Virus record (IMG/VR): IMGVR_UViG_3300022178_001367
Span: 1 to 28,946 of that record
Origin: a virus
Lineage: Duplodnaviria; Caudoviricetes
DNA: 28,946 nucleotides
Direction: 5' to 3' (one strand)
The position numbers and the translations under genes were made by a program. The notes below the pieces were generated by a model that saw nothing but the letters and a program-made list of their open reading frames with translations, did not search any database and was not told where the DNA came from. This document shows positions 1 to 9,147 of this stretch, piece after piece (position 1 is the stretch's first letter; every line of letters begins with the position of its first letter).

Positions 1-1
1 A

Positions 2-82
2 CAAATTAGTGGTCGTATATTGACCTATGACCAAATCTTACAAATGGCTGATTACAAGACATTGGAAAGAAGATTTGGATAG
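2..82 (+). CDS. 3' end of a small hypothetical protein (truncated by window edge), likely the gene between portal and scaffold
   Basis: Open frame QISGRILTYDQILQMADYKTLERRFG* ending TAG at 80-82; lies directly upstream of the scaffold gene. Confidence 0.6.
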   Translation, partial: QISGRILTYDQILQMADYKTLERRFG

Positions 83-84
83 TA

Positions 85-93
85 TGTTATAAT
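85..93 (+). promoter_or_regulatory. Extended -10 promoter (TG-T-TATAAT) for the head operon
   Basis: TG at 85-86 and perfect TATAAT at 88-93, about 40 nt upstream of the scaffold ATG; no good -35 at canonical spacing. Confidence 0.6.
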
Positions 94-135
94 AACTTTA
101 TCGCAATCGCTTAGGCGCAAAGAAAGTGGAAAATT

Positions 136-1233
136 ATGACAGATGAAATCAAAGGAGCAGTCGCTGAGGCTCTTAAAGAAGATAGAAGCGGAGCAAACAT
201 CACCCCTGCGCAATTAGCTGCAAGGAGACTAAATCAATCACAACCAGAACCTCAACCAGAGATTCAGGAAGAGATTCAAGAGCAGGTAGAAGAAACTGAA
301 GTAGAAGAACCAGTAGCAGAAGTACAAGAAGAAACTCAAGAAGTTTCTGAAAGTCCAGAAGTTACTGAAGAAGTTACAGAGGAGACCCAAGCCGAAGATG
401 TTCTTTCACAGTACAACTTGGACGAAATGTCTGAGGAAGAGTTAGAAGACTTATCAAAGAAACTTGGAAGTCGTGCAGTTGCTCGTTATGGCGAACTTAC
501 AGCCAAACGGAAAGCTGCTGAAGAAAAGTTAGCTGAGTTACAAAAGCAAATGTCTGAGCAGAAAAATGATATTCTGCAAAGCAAGAAGCCAGTCGAAAAC
601 AATCCTTACTCAAACCTAGAAACCGTTGAGGCTCTGCAAGACAAAGCCCAAGAGGTGAATGAAATAATAGGATGGGCAGAGGATATATTGTTTGAGTCAG
701 ATGGTTACTCAGCTGATGATGTGGTCACAGAGGTAGAGGGCAAAGAAGTTACCAAAGCGCAAGTTCGCAAAAGTTTACTTCAAGCCAGAAAAGCAAGAGA
801 TGCTTTCTTACCAGACCAGTTAAATACACTTCAGCAAATTGAAAATGGCAAGCAACTTAGGTCTGCATTTGAAGAACAAGCAAAGCAAGAGCTTTCTTGG
901 CTTCAAGGAGAAGACAACGATACAAGGAAACAATATGAGTCAATGTTATCTGATAAAAGATTCATTGACTTACAAGATAAGGTTGACCCAGATATATCAG
1001 CTCAGTTGCCATACTTGATTGCTCATGCAGCAAACAGTATGTATGGTCGCAAGCTAATACAGGATAAACCAAAGGTTTCTATCACTCCTCCAAAGACTGG
1101 TGCAACTTCTGCACCTAACACAAGTCGTGCTAAGAAAAGTACAAAAGCTCTGGCTGACCTATCCAGTCGATTTAAAGATTCAGGGAATGAAAAAGATTTC
1201 ATCAAACTTCGTACAAAACAACTCACAAAATAA
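136..1233 (+). CDS. Capsid scaffolding/assembly protein
   Basis: Glu-rich disordered N-terminus, coiled-coil middle (RYGELTAKRKAAEEKL), basic C-terminus; immediately upstream of the major capsid gene. Confidence 0.8.
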   Translation: MTDEIKGAVAEALKEDRSGANITPAQLAARRLNQSQPEPQPEIQEEIQEQVEETEVEEPVAEVQEETQEVSESPEVTEEVTEETQAEDVLSQYNLDEMSEEELEDLSKKLGSRAVARYGELTAKRKAAEEKLAELQKQMSEQKNDILQSKKPVENNPYSNLETVEALQDKAQEVNEIIGWAEDILFESDGYSADDVVTEVEGKEVTKAQVRKSLLQARKARDAFLPDQLNTLQQIENGKQLRSAFEEQAKQELSWLQGEDNDTRKQYESMLSDKRFIDLQDKVDPDISAQLPYLIAHAANSMYGRKLIQDKPKVSITPPKTGATSAPNTSRAKKSTKALADLSSRFKDSGNEKDFIKLRTKQLTK

Positions 1234-1246
1234 ATTTTAAAATAAA

Positions 1247-2269
1247 ATGGCAATTACAGATACATTCAATCCAGCGTTACAACCAGTAACGACCCAAGGA
1301 CCGAGTGCTTCTAACCGTGAGGATTTGACAGATGTCTTGACAATCCTTGCGCCAGAAGAAACACCAGCCCTTTCATCCGCTAACAAACAAAAAGCTAACG
1401 CTACATTTGTTGAGTGGACAGTCGATTCATTAGCTACTCCTGCTACCACAGGTATTTCAGAGGGAGCTGATGTTACATCATTCACAGACCAATTTGCATC
1501 TCGTGCAAGACTTGGTAACTATATCCAGAAGTTCCGTAGAGACTTCATGGTTTCTGATTTACAAGAAGCTGTTGACTCTGTTGGACCTGCTAAAGTTGCA
1601 CAAGCTGAAGCAAAAGCTATTCGTGAGCTTAAACGAGACATTGAGGCTACAATCTTATCAGACAATGACCGTCAAGCAGAAACAGGAGCAGTTCCTTACA
1701 AAATGCGTGGTCTTGGTGATTGGTTAGATTCAGCTGGACCTTCAGATGTTCCTGCTGACTATCGTACACCTGCTGGCTCTATCAACACTCAAGCAGCAGC
1801 TGGTGACATCACAGAGTCTGAGTTCAACACAATCATTCGCTCAATCTATCGTGCAAATGGTGAAGCTAACAACTTGGTTCTTATCGCTGATACAACACTT
1901 CGTAAACAAATCGCTGACTACGCTCGCTTCGGTGCAGATGTAGCTGACGGAACTAACGCAGGTGTTCGTTCAGTAAACTATGATGGAAATGACTCAACTA
2001 TCAAATTATCTGTTGAAGTATATCAATCAGACTTTGGTATCGTTTCTATCGTAAACATGAATCCTGTTACTAATCCAGAAACTGTTACAGGTTCTACTGC
2101 AAATCATGACCGTGGTTACTTAATCAACCCTGACTACTATGGTATTCATGAGTTGATTCCTATGGGTTCTACTCGCTTACCTAACATGGGTGGTGGAGAG
2201 CGTGGTTTCGTAGACTGTGCATTAACACTAGGTGTTTATGCTCCAGCAGCTCACGGTAAAATCGTTTAA
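1247..2269 (+). CDS. Major capsid protein (DUF5309/SU10-like)
   Basis: NREDLTDVLTILAPEETP, EWTVDSL, EGAD, LGNYIQKFRR, ELKRDIEA, YQSDFG and AHGKI motifs characteristic of this capsid family. Confidence 0.9.
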   Translation: MAITDTFNPALQPVTTQGPSASNREDLTDVLTILAPEETPALSSANKQKANATFVEWTVDSLATPATTGISEGADVTSFTDQFASRARLGNYIQKFRRDFMVSDLQEAVDSVGPAKVAQAEAKAIRELKRDIEATILSDNDRQAETGAVPYKMRGLGDWLDSAGPSDVPADYRTPAGSINTQAAAGDITESEFNTIIRSIYRANGEANNLVLIADTTLRKQIADYARFGADVADGTNAGVRSVNYDGNDSTIKLSVEVYQSDFGIVSIVNMNPVTNPETVTGSTANHDRGYLINPDYYGIHELIPMGSTRLPNMGGGERGFVDCALTLGVYAPAAHGKIV

Positions 2270-2289
2270 TAAAATAGGAGGATAATTAT

Positions 2290-2769
2290 ATGGCACTAGT
2301 ATTAAAAAAAATAGGTAATCTTGAAACACTTGCACAAGGCTATACTCATGAAGTAGAGTTTGAAGCAAACGAACTATCAGCTTCAACAGGCGCTCAATCA
2401 ACAGCAGTTCAGTTCCCATCTGGGTCTGCACTTGCAGGTGTTATCGCTAAAGCAAGCATTGAAGTTAAAGAGTTAGTAACTGCGGCAGTATCTACTGGTT
2501 CAGCTATCTCTAATGCAACAATCTCTTGTGGAGATGACGATGTTGATGGATTCGTAGCATTAACAGACTGTTTCACAGGTGACACAGAAAACCAAGGATA
2601 TGTAAACACAGGAGTATTATTAAATGGTGCAACTGCTACATCTCATGTGGTTTCTCAGTTCAATGTATCATCTAATGGTACAGGTAATGGATTCGGTAAC
2701 GCAGAAAAGGGTAAATTTAAACTCTTGGTAGCTTACTATCCAACAGCTGGTTCAGGACTTACAAGTTAA
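2290..2769 (+). CDS. Putative capsid decoration/minor head protein
   Basis: Directly after the capsid gene and before the terminator; strong SD AGGAGG; G/A/S/T-rich beta-type composition. Confidence 0.6.
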   Translation: MALVLKKIGNLETLAQGYTHEVEFEANELSASTGAQSTAVQFPSGSALAGVIAKASIEVKELVTAAVSTGSAISNATISCGDDDVDGFVALTDCFTGDTENQGYVNTGVLLNGATATSHVVSQFNVSSNGTGNGFGNAEKGKFKLLVAYYPTAGSGLTS

Positions 2770-2782
2770 TAAATAATCTCAT

Positions 2783-2815
2783 AGGGTGGTAGGCAGATAC
2801 CTGCCACCCTTTTTT
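2783..2815 (+). terminator. Rho-independent terminator after capsid/decoration genes
   Basis: Stem AGGGTGGTAGG / CCTGCCACCCT (11 bp, one G-U), loop CAGATA, followed by a T-run. Confidence 0.85.
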
Positions 2816-2818
2816 ATA

Positions 2819-3127
2819 ATGGATATACTACACTTTAAAAACAAATCCCACGATGAGGGAGAACATTGCAAGGCAATGGCAGATGTTATTAACAATGCTA
2901 TCTTGCAAGAAAAACTAACTGAAAAAGACAGAACAGATATTGCTCGTAAAGAGGCAAGTGAGCTAAAAGGTAAGACACACCCTACGCTTGGTAAGTGTGT
3001 AGCGACTATACCAGCTCGTGAATACTTTCGCTTGGTAAAGAAGTATGGCTCTGATACAGTATTATCTAAAGAATTTTTACAATACTTCAATAAGAAGCAC
3101 AAAGACCTTTCACCTAATAAAGCATAA
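2819..3127 (+). CDS. Hypothetical phage protein (head module)
   Basis: Likely start is ATG 2819 (MDILHFK...), since the listed 2786 start lies inside the terminator stem; stop overlaps next ATG. Confidence 0.7.
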   Translation: MDILHFKNKSHDEGEHCKAMADVINNAILQEKLTEKDRTDIARKEASELKGKTHPTLGKCVATIPAREYFRLVKKYGSDTVLSKEFLQYFNKKHKDLSPNKA

Positions 3128-4140
3128 TGATTCTACGAAGAAACCAAGACTTATTTAATACAATCAAAGCACTAGCTGGTGTTAATGATTTTACAGATAA
3201 TGAAATAACCGACTTGGTTTCATTTACTAATCGTAGGCTTACAATGGCTTACAACACTAGCCCAATGTGGGAAAGATATGTTGTGGTATCTGAAGAAAGA
3301 AATGTATCTTCATTTGCTTTAAGTGGGTTATCAACAGCAAGTTATAATGCTGCTTACACTAAGTATGGAAAATATGAATCAACTTCAGGAGTGTTTACTG
3401 ACTTCTATGTTCCCAATAATTCAACAGCTATTGGCTCAAATTTTCAATTCATAAGAAATAGTAGTGGTAAATGGCTATGGGGAACATCGGCTTATCAAAA
3501 AGACCCAGTTACCGATATTATTACTCTTACTGGTTCTGGTGTTGGCTTTGCTACACAACAAGATGATGAGGTATATGACTCTCCTATTGAAGTAAAAAAT
3601 TGGGGTTCATTAACTAATGTTAGTGGATTTTTAAAACTAACAGCAAAGCAAATCGTAACATACGATGAAGCCTTTGAGGAATTAACATCTGGGGCAACTA
3701 GAGTAGCTAAGGATACAATACAAGACTTTATTCGTATTCACCGAAATCAATCTTTCTTAAATAACTCTGCTACTGAGTATGACTTCTATGTAGATGTTAA
3801 TGGAGCAAATGTACTTAATAGCTCTGCAACTGATGGAAAAGTATTTGTTACTTATAAAAAACCAATAGTAAATACTACTACTGGTCAGGTAATTACATCT
3901 TTAGATACAACTGCTACAAGCAATTATCTAACAGAGATACCCCTAGAATTTTTTAATTATACTGCTCATGCAGTATATGCAGACTTCCTAAGAATGGATG
4001 GTCAGCACGACAAGGCAGCATTTGAAGAGCAAAAGGCTGATATGTTCCTTGCAACAGAGCTTGAACGCATTGATATAATAAATAATAACAATTCTTTAAA
4101 TCATAAGTTCACGACTTATGTAAACACTTCATCACGATAA
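3127..4140 (+). CDS. Head-tail adaptor / tail tubular protein A-like, with internal insertion
   Basis: Helical N-terminus with W (PMWERY) and C-terminal VTYKK...EIPLEFFNY...YADFLRMDGQHDKA pattern; position after the head genes. Confidence 0.6.
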   Translation: MILRRNQDLFNTIKALAGVNDFTDNEITDLVSFTNRRLTMAYNTSPMWERYVVVSEERNVSSFALSGLSTASYNAAYTKYGKYESTSGVFTDFYVPNNSTAIGSNFQFIRNSSGKWLWGTSAYQKDPVTDIITLTGSGVGFATQQDDEVYDSPIEVKNWGSLTNVSGFLKLTAKQIVTYDEAFEELTSGATRVAKDTIQDFIRIHRNQSFLNNSATEYDFYVDVNGANVLNSSATDGKVFVTYKKPIVNTTTGQVITSLDTTATSNYLTEIPLEFFNYTAHAVYADFLRMDGQHDKAAFEEQKADMFLATELERIDIINNNNSLNHKFTTYVNTSSR

Positions 4141-4145
4141 CAATT

Positions 4146-4487
4146 ATGCCTAATTCAAATGTAGTAAACTTATACCCAGTTCCTAATGGAACAATCGGAG
4201 ATAGAGTATTAACCGTGGCAGATTCAGCAGTTACTCTTTTGACTACTGCTAGTCTTTCAGGAAATACTGAACCATCTTTTGATTCACTAACTCGTTACAT
4301 CGTTCTTGATATTCAAGACGCAGATGTTCGTGTAACATATGATGGTGGTGACCCAACTTCTTCAGTTGGTCACATTCTATTCGCTGGTCGCTCTTACACT
4401 TGGGCAGTAGAAACTGCTAGAGTTGCTAAGTTCATTAGAGACGGTGGTACATCTGCTAAGATACACGCTTCTGAATTTACTCAGTAA
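4146..4487 (+). CDS. Small virion structural protein (beta-rich)
   Basis: 113-aa ORF with caattATG start, coupled to the fibre gene (TAATG). Confidence 0.65.
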   Translation: MPNSNVVNLYPVPNGTIGDRVLTVADSAVTLLTTASLSGNTEPSFDSLTRYIVLDIQDADVRVTYDGGDPTSSVGHILFAGRSYTWAVETARVAKFIRDGGTSAKIHASEFTQ

Positions 4488-7123
4488 TGTCTTCCGAATT
4501 TCTAGCATCTGGAGAGAATGTTCTTGATTCTAACCTAGGTGGTGCATGGGACATCATCAATGGCTATGCTGGGCGCAAACAAGACCTAGGAATAGCTCGT
4601 AGGTTCGGAGGTTCCGCAGCTGCGTACTCATTGCGAGACATTGGTGCAATGAATGGAAGAGTCGTCAAAGTCCGCAGAGACCTAGATGGAGAAGAGGCAG
4701 ACCCAGAAGAAGATTTCTCAGCTAATCAAGTCCAGAGTGGTGCATTAGAAGATTGGGTAAATGGTAAACTAGAGAGTACACTACCAGCAGATGTAGCAAC
4801 AGCCGCAGCTGCTTATAGTCTTCGTAAAGTAAAAGCTAGTTACAGCGGTGATGCAGTTCGTATTCGTAGAAGCTCAGATGATATTGAGGTAGATGTAGCT
4901 TTTGATTCAGATGATAAGGTAAGTGCAAGTTCTTCTATTACAAATATAGCTGAACAAGGTGGAGAAAGTGGAAGCACAACTGCTACTGACCTTAATGGAT
5001 TTTTAAATGAAACACTAACAGTAGGTACAGCAGTAAATGGTACTGGTGGTTTTGATAATTACACTTTAACTAATGTTTCTAACACTGGGTTTTCAGCCGA
5101 TAATAGTGCTGGAGGAACTGGTTCAGCTGGATTTCCCTACAAGCACGCTACTGGAGATGTAATGGTAATAAGGTACACAGTAAGTAACTTTAGTAGTACA
5201 TCTAGTTTAAGTCCAGTTATCAGAGGAACAACTGGTGTTGGAAGTGTAGTAGGAACAACTACTGGTGGTACTGAAATACTTGCTAATGGAACTCGTACTG
5301 AAACTTTAACTGCAACAGCAGAGGGAACTCACCTTATGTTTGCTGATGGTAATACTGGTTCTTACACAATCAGCGACTTTGAAATAGTATCTCATACTCA
5401 CTTAGCCTTTGTCCACACTTGGTACGACCAAGCTGGGTCATACAATGCAGTTCAAGAGACTGATGCTAACCAACCAAAGATTGCAGAGAGTGGAGCATTG
5501 CTTACTGATGGTATAGACTTTGATGGTAGTAATGACTTCTTGGGATTTGGTGCTGATATATGTTCTAATATAAATAACTTTAGTGCATTTACTATTGCAA
5601 AATCCGATGGTGGGAATGGAGGTTTACAAGTACTTTTTTCAGTAGGATTTAGTGGAGATGGAACTATTTTCGCTCAAGCTAGAGACGACAGTAATATTGA
5701 AGCTCATTTTGGAAATGGAAGCAGTTCAGCTAATGTAGTAAATTTATCTCAAAATGTATCGCAATTTGAAAGTGATATGTTGTTTACAACAATAGGTGGT
5801 TCATCTACCTCTAAAGGATTTGCTGATGCAGTAGAAGGAGGTTCTGTATCTTCGGCTAGTGCTAACCCAACCAATACAACTGGAGGAATTGGTATGCACA
5901 CTGGAAGCTCAAGCCCATTTGATGGTTCTGTTAAAGAAGCAATATTTTATAATTCAGACCAATCAGACAATCGCTTCAAGATTGAGTCCAACATCAATAA
6001 CTATTATGGTTTGTACAATGATGCGAATGAAACCAATGGAGACTTTGATAAAACATTTAGTCCTACAGCAGATGGAACATTTACCCCAAATGGTAAAGAT
6101 GGATTCACATTAGCTGTAGTGTCTAGTACAGTATATGCTGGTATTAAATTAAATGCAGATGTTACGAGTGGGGATTCTATATATGTATCATTTAATTGTT
6201 CCTTTGATGCTGGTAGCCCATCGCCAAAAATTGTACTAAGAGATACTGATTCTGATTTCTTTGGAGGTGGAACTTTAATGTCAAATGAAGAAAGTGTAGT
6301 AAATGGATTTAATTCATTTACACTAACATCTACTAATAGTAGTGCTAGTGGTGTTGTATTATCTGAAGCTGATAATAATTTAACTTATTCTATATCTGAT
6401 TTCAAAGTATCTCGCATAGCTCGTAATGGTTTCGTAGAAACTTTGTACGACCAAAGTGGTAATGGTAGAGATATATCTCAAGCCTCTGCTTCAAACCAAC
6501 CTACTATTGTTTCTAATGGTGGTATTTATAAAAGTGGTGCATATCCATCAATTAGATATACCGATACTTCCGCAACATATTTAGTTACAGAATCCTATAG
6601 TCCAGTTGAACAAGGTGGTTCTGGAATGCCAAACTTTACATTATTTGCAGTTACTGGAATACCAGAAGCTGCTGGGTTTGATAGTATCGTAAGTGCTGGT
6701 GGTTCAGAAGGTTCTAACTCAATTGGTGGTTTTAAACTAAGGCATTTAAAAGATGGTTCTGGTAATATAGATTCTAGAATTGATATAGCTCAAACTGGAG
6801 CAAGTCCTCACCAAGCTAATGCTCAATCAAATAATGCAACACCTCAATCTGTAAATTTACATACTTCTTATTTAGATAGTACAGATGATGAGTTATTTGC
6901 TCAACAAAATAGTGCAACAAGTGGAACAACTACTACAACCTTGATACCATTATCTGGTCAAGGAGCAGAGAATGACAATCTTAAAGTAGGGACAGATATG
7001 TTTAATGATACTCCAAGAGCTAGTTACTTAGGTGAAATACTAGAAATAATACTTTATACAGATAGTAAAAAATCTGACCTATCTGACTTAACGAGTGAAA
7101 TAAATAATTTTTACAACATTTAA
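4487..7123 (+). CDS. Fibre/receptor-binding protein with arabinofuranosidase-B/LamG-like lectin domains
   Basis: AAAYSLR...RRSSD and TWYDQ/LYDQSGNG...QP motifs, DFDGSNDF and GSVKEAIFY/GEILEIILY ConA-like motifs; G/S/T/N-rich. Confidence 0.75.
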   Translation: MSSEFLASGENVLDSNLGGAWDIINGYAGRKQDLGIARRFGGSAAAYSLRDIGAMNGRVVKVRRDLDGEEADPEEDFSANQVQSGALEDWVNGKLESTLPADVATAAAAYSLRKVKASYSGDAVRIRRSSDDIEVDVAFDSDDKVSASSSITNIAEQGGESGSTTATDLNGFLNETLTVGTAVNGTGGFDNYTLTNVSNTGFSADNSAGGTGSAGFPYKHATGDVMVIRYTVSNFSSTSSLSPVIRGTTGVGSVVGTTTGGTEILANGTRTETLTATAEGTHLMFADGNTGSYTISDFEIVSHTHLAFVHTWYDQAGSYNAVQETDANQPKIAESGALLTDGIDFDGSNDFLGFGADICSNINNFSAFTIAKSDGGNGGLQVLFSVGFSGDGTIFAQARDDSNIEAHFGNGSSSANVVNLSQNVSQFESDMLFTTIGGSSTSKGFADAVEGGSVSSASANPTNTTGGIGMHTGSSSPFDGSVKEAIFYNSDQSDNRFKIESNINNYYGLYNDANETNGDFDKTFSPTADGTFTPNGKDGFTLAVVSSTVYAGIKLNADVTSGDSIYVSFNCSFDAGSPSPKIVLRDTDSDFFGGGTLMSNEESVVNGFNSFTLTSTNSSASGVVLSEADNNLTYSISDFKVSRIARNGFVETLYDQSGNGRDISQASASNQPTIVSNGGIYKSGAYPSIRYTDTSATYLVTESYSPVEQGGSGMPNFTLFAVTGIPEAAGFDSIVSAGGSEGSNSIGGFKLRHLKDGSGNIDSRIDIAQTGASPHQANAQSNNATPQSVNLHTSYLDSTDDELFAQQNSATSGTTTTTLIPLSGQGAENDNLKVGTDMFNDTPRASYLGEILEIILYTDSKKSDLSDLTSEINNFYNI

Positions 7124-7125
7124 TT

Positions 7126-7389
7126 ATGAGCGAAGAAACCGAAGAAGAAATTACAATCAATTACTTAGTATACGAAACACTAGACGATGCTATTGCTAGA
7201 GCAGACACAGAGGGCGCTAGACGAGGCTATGCTTACCATAGAGTAGGCTCTGGAACTCGTTATAGGACTTACCCTCAAGAGACTGCTGATGCAAAGTATG
7301 CACTAGTTGTGGACGGATATGAACTAACAGAAGATGAAGAGTCAGCTATTACAACTAGCGTCACCTTCCCAGCACCAGAGGAAATCTAG
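7126..7389 (+). CDS. Small acidic protein, possible fibre assembly factor
   Basis: 87 aa, taattATG start, directly after the fibre gene. Confidence 0.6.
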   Translation: MSEETEEEITINYLVYETLDDAIARADTEGARRGYAYHRVGSGTRYRTYPQETADAKYALVVDGYELTEDEESAITTSVTFPAPEEI

Positions 7390-7390
7390 T

Positions 7391-7549
7391 ATGGAGGAGA
7401 CACTACAAAGATTATCCGTAGGAATCTTCGGATGGATAGCCACGGATACATTACAGAATGTGGACTTAATGTTAGGTGTAGTGTCTAAGGGAGTCTTAAT
7501 TACTTTAACAGTTTTATCAATCTATAAACTATGGAGGGAACTTAAATGA
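7391..7549 (+). CDS. Small membrane protein (holin-like)
   Basis: Start reassigned to ATG 7391: MEETLQRLSVGIFGWIATDTLQNVDLMLGVVSKGVLITLTVLSIYKLWRELK; hydrophobic segments with basic C-terminus. Confidence 0.6.
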   Translation: MEETLQRLSVGIFGWIATDTLQNVDLMLGVVSKGVLITLTVLSIYKLWRELK

Positions 7550-7953
7550 CACCAGAATTATTAGCAATGTTAGGTGGTGGAGCTAGTGGCTTCATCTTTA
7601 AACTAGTAGGTACATTGGTACAAAATCAAGCAGCACTCACTAAAGGACTAATTGAAAAACAAAAAGCATCAGACGAAAGTGCCGATGCCGCAGCAAAAAG
7701 GGTAGATGCCTTTGGTGCTTGGACACGCAGGATTATTGTATTAACAGTTTTATTTGGTGTTATTATTGCACCATTTATTTTAGCAAATAGTGATTCAGGA
7801 GTTACTATTGCTACTGATTACAGTAATTGGTTTGGAATCTTTAAGGGTACAAATTATCAAACCCTACATGGATATATAATTTTACCAGAAATCAAGACAG
7901 CTGTTATCAGTATTATCAGTTTCTACTTCGGTAGTGCAGCAGTAAGTAAATAA
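7546..7953 (+). CDS. Holin-like membrane protein (up to 3 TM)
   Basis: Hydrophobic N-terminus, WTRRIIVLTVLFGVIIAPFIL, and C-terminal AVISIISFYFGS motif seen in 3TM phage holin-like proteins. Confidence 0.65.
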   Translation: MTPELLAMLGGGASGFIFKLVGTLVQNQAALTKGLIEKQKASDESADAAAKRVDAFGAWTRRIIVLTVLFGVIIAPFILANSDSGVTIATDYSNWFGIFKGTNYQTLHGYIILPEIKTAVISIISFYFGSAAVSK

Positions 7954-7955
7954 TT

Positions 7956-8135
7956 ATGAACGAGTGTTATATTTGTAAATGGACAAAAAACAAGCCAGAA
8001 AAGAACTGCAAACTCTCAGGGACTCCATCACCAAAGTGCTTGGCGAAAAGAGTAACGAAGATATTAGCGAGCATATACAAGAGGCTCAAGAGTCTGCTAG
8101 TGAAGGTGCTAAAGCGCTTAAGAAATCTCTTATAG
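7956..8135 (+). CDS. Candidate overprinted 59-aa Cys-rich cationic amphipathic peptide
   Basis: taattATG start 2 nt after the previous stop; MNECYICKWTKNKPEKNCKLSGTPSPKCLAKRVTKILASIYKRLKSLLVKVLKRLRNLL; overlaps 7979-8743 in the +1 frame. Confidence 0.4.
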   Translation: MNECYICKWTKNKPEKNCKLSGTPSPKCLAKRVTKILASIYKRLKSLLVKVLKRLRNLL

Positions 8136-8743
8136 AGAGAATCAAGGATTTACCAGTCGTAACTCAAGTATCTCAGCTTGGGGCAGCTGGTACTGTGGCT
8201 GTATCTACAGCTGCTGTAACACAGGTAGACATCGCTAAAGATAGGACTGAGATATTTGTAGCAGAGGTTGCTCAAGATGTAGTAGAACAAAGATTTGAAG
8301 TTCCACAGTTTATTGATAACTTTGTGGACTTTGCTAGTCTTAACGATTGGGGACAAGAAGTTATTGCTGAGAAGATTCAGGAGGCTCAGGCTTTTGTAGC
8401 AGAGGCTTCCGAACCACAACAGACTTCCACACCATCTGCTGAGTCTTCGGACACCACACCTGAAACCTCGTCTTCTTCGCAAGATAGTTCCTCCGATAGT
8501 CCTTCTCAGCCTTCAGAAACTGAAGAACCCCAAGAACCAAAATCAGAAGAGTCAGAGCCAAAAGAGGGTAAATCATCCTCAGAGCCTACTGAAGAGCCTA
8601 AGGAAGTCAAGTCTAATGATGAGCCTAAGGAAGAGTCAAAAGGCGATACAGAGCAATCTGAGGCTAAATCTAATGCCATACCTATAGTTGAAACACCTAT
8701 AGATAATGACTCATCAATTAGACAAGTATCACCAACATCATGA
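7979..8743 (+). CDS. Hypothetical protein with S/E/P/T-rich disordered C-terminus
   Basis: 254-aa ORF; helical N-terminus, uncharged A/V/T stretch, long low-complexity tail; ATGA coupling to next gene. Confidence 0.75.
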   Translation: MDKKQARKELQTLRDSITKVLGEKSNEDISEHIQEAQESASEGAKALKKSLIERIKDLPVVTQVSQLGAAGTVAVSTAAVTQVDIAKDRTEIFVAEVAQDVVEQRFEVPQFIDNFVDFASLNDWGQEVIAEKIQEAQAFVAEASEPQQTSTPSAESSDTTPETSSSSQDSSSDSPSQPSETEEPQEPKSEESEPKEGKSSSEPTEEPKEVKSNDEPKEESKGDTEQSEAKSNAIPIVETPIDNDSSIRQVSPTS

Positions 8744-9147
8744 ATGCAAAAGAATATGCCCAAAAAAGAGTAGATGATAAACTACTTGGTTATAAAATAA
8801 GAGCTAAATTATTTTCTGGAGAAGATAATTACTTTAAACAAAACCCCAATGTTGCAGGAATGGCTAATTTTGAAACCAATGATATTGTATTAAACCCATA
8901 CTCAAAAGATAGAAATATGGAATCAGTAGCAATGAATGAAGCCATAAGATTAAAAATGAGAAAAGAGGGGTTTGTTCCAGATATAGAAATATCAGACGAA
9001 CAAAAACAGTTTTTTAAAGGAACTGCCTATGAGGGTAATGATGATGCAATCAAGGAAACAATATTTGCTAGAATATACTCAAAGGACTCATCGGCTAATG
9101 CTACAGAAGACCAAATGAAAGCATACAAAGAATATATAGGAAAATGA
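8740..9147 (+). CDS. Hypothetical protein, possibly degenerate zincin-like fold
   Basis: VAGMA...IVLNP...VAMNEAIR resembles zincin strand-strand-helix spacing, with NExxR in place of HExxH. Confidence 0.6.
   Translation: MNAKEYAQKRVDDKLLGYKIRAKLFSGEDNYFKQNPNVAGMANFETNDIVLNPYSKDRNMESVAMNEAIRLKMRKEGFVPDIEISDEQKQFFKGTAYEGNDDAIKETIFARIYSKDSSANATEDQMKAYKEYIGK

Noticed and set aside
2251-2292. T7 gp10A/10B-style frameshift fusing capsid to decoration gene
   Set aside because: The downstream frame has stops at 2257-2259 and 2275-2277, and the capsid stop is doubled (TAATAA)
2786-2818. GTG-start extension of ORF 2786-3127
   Set aside because: Lies within the terminator hairpin and U-tract
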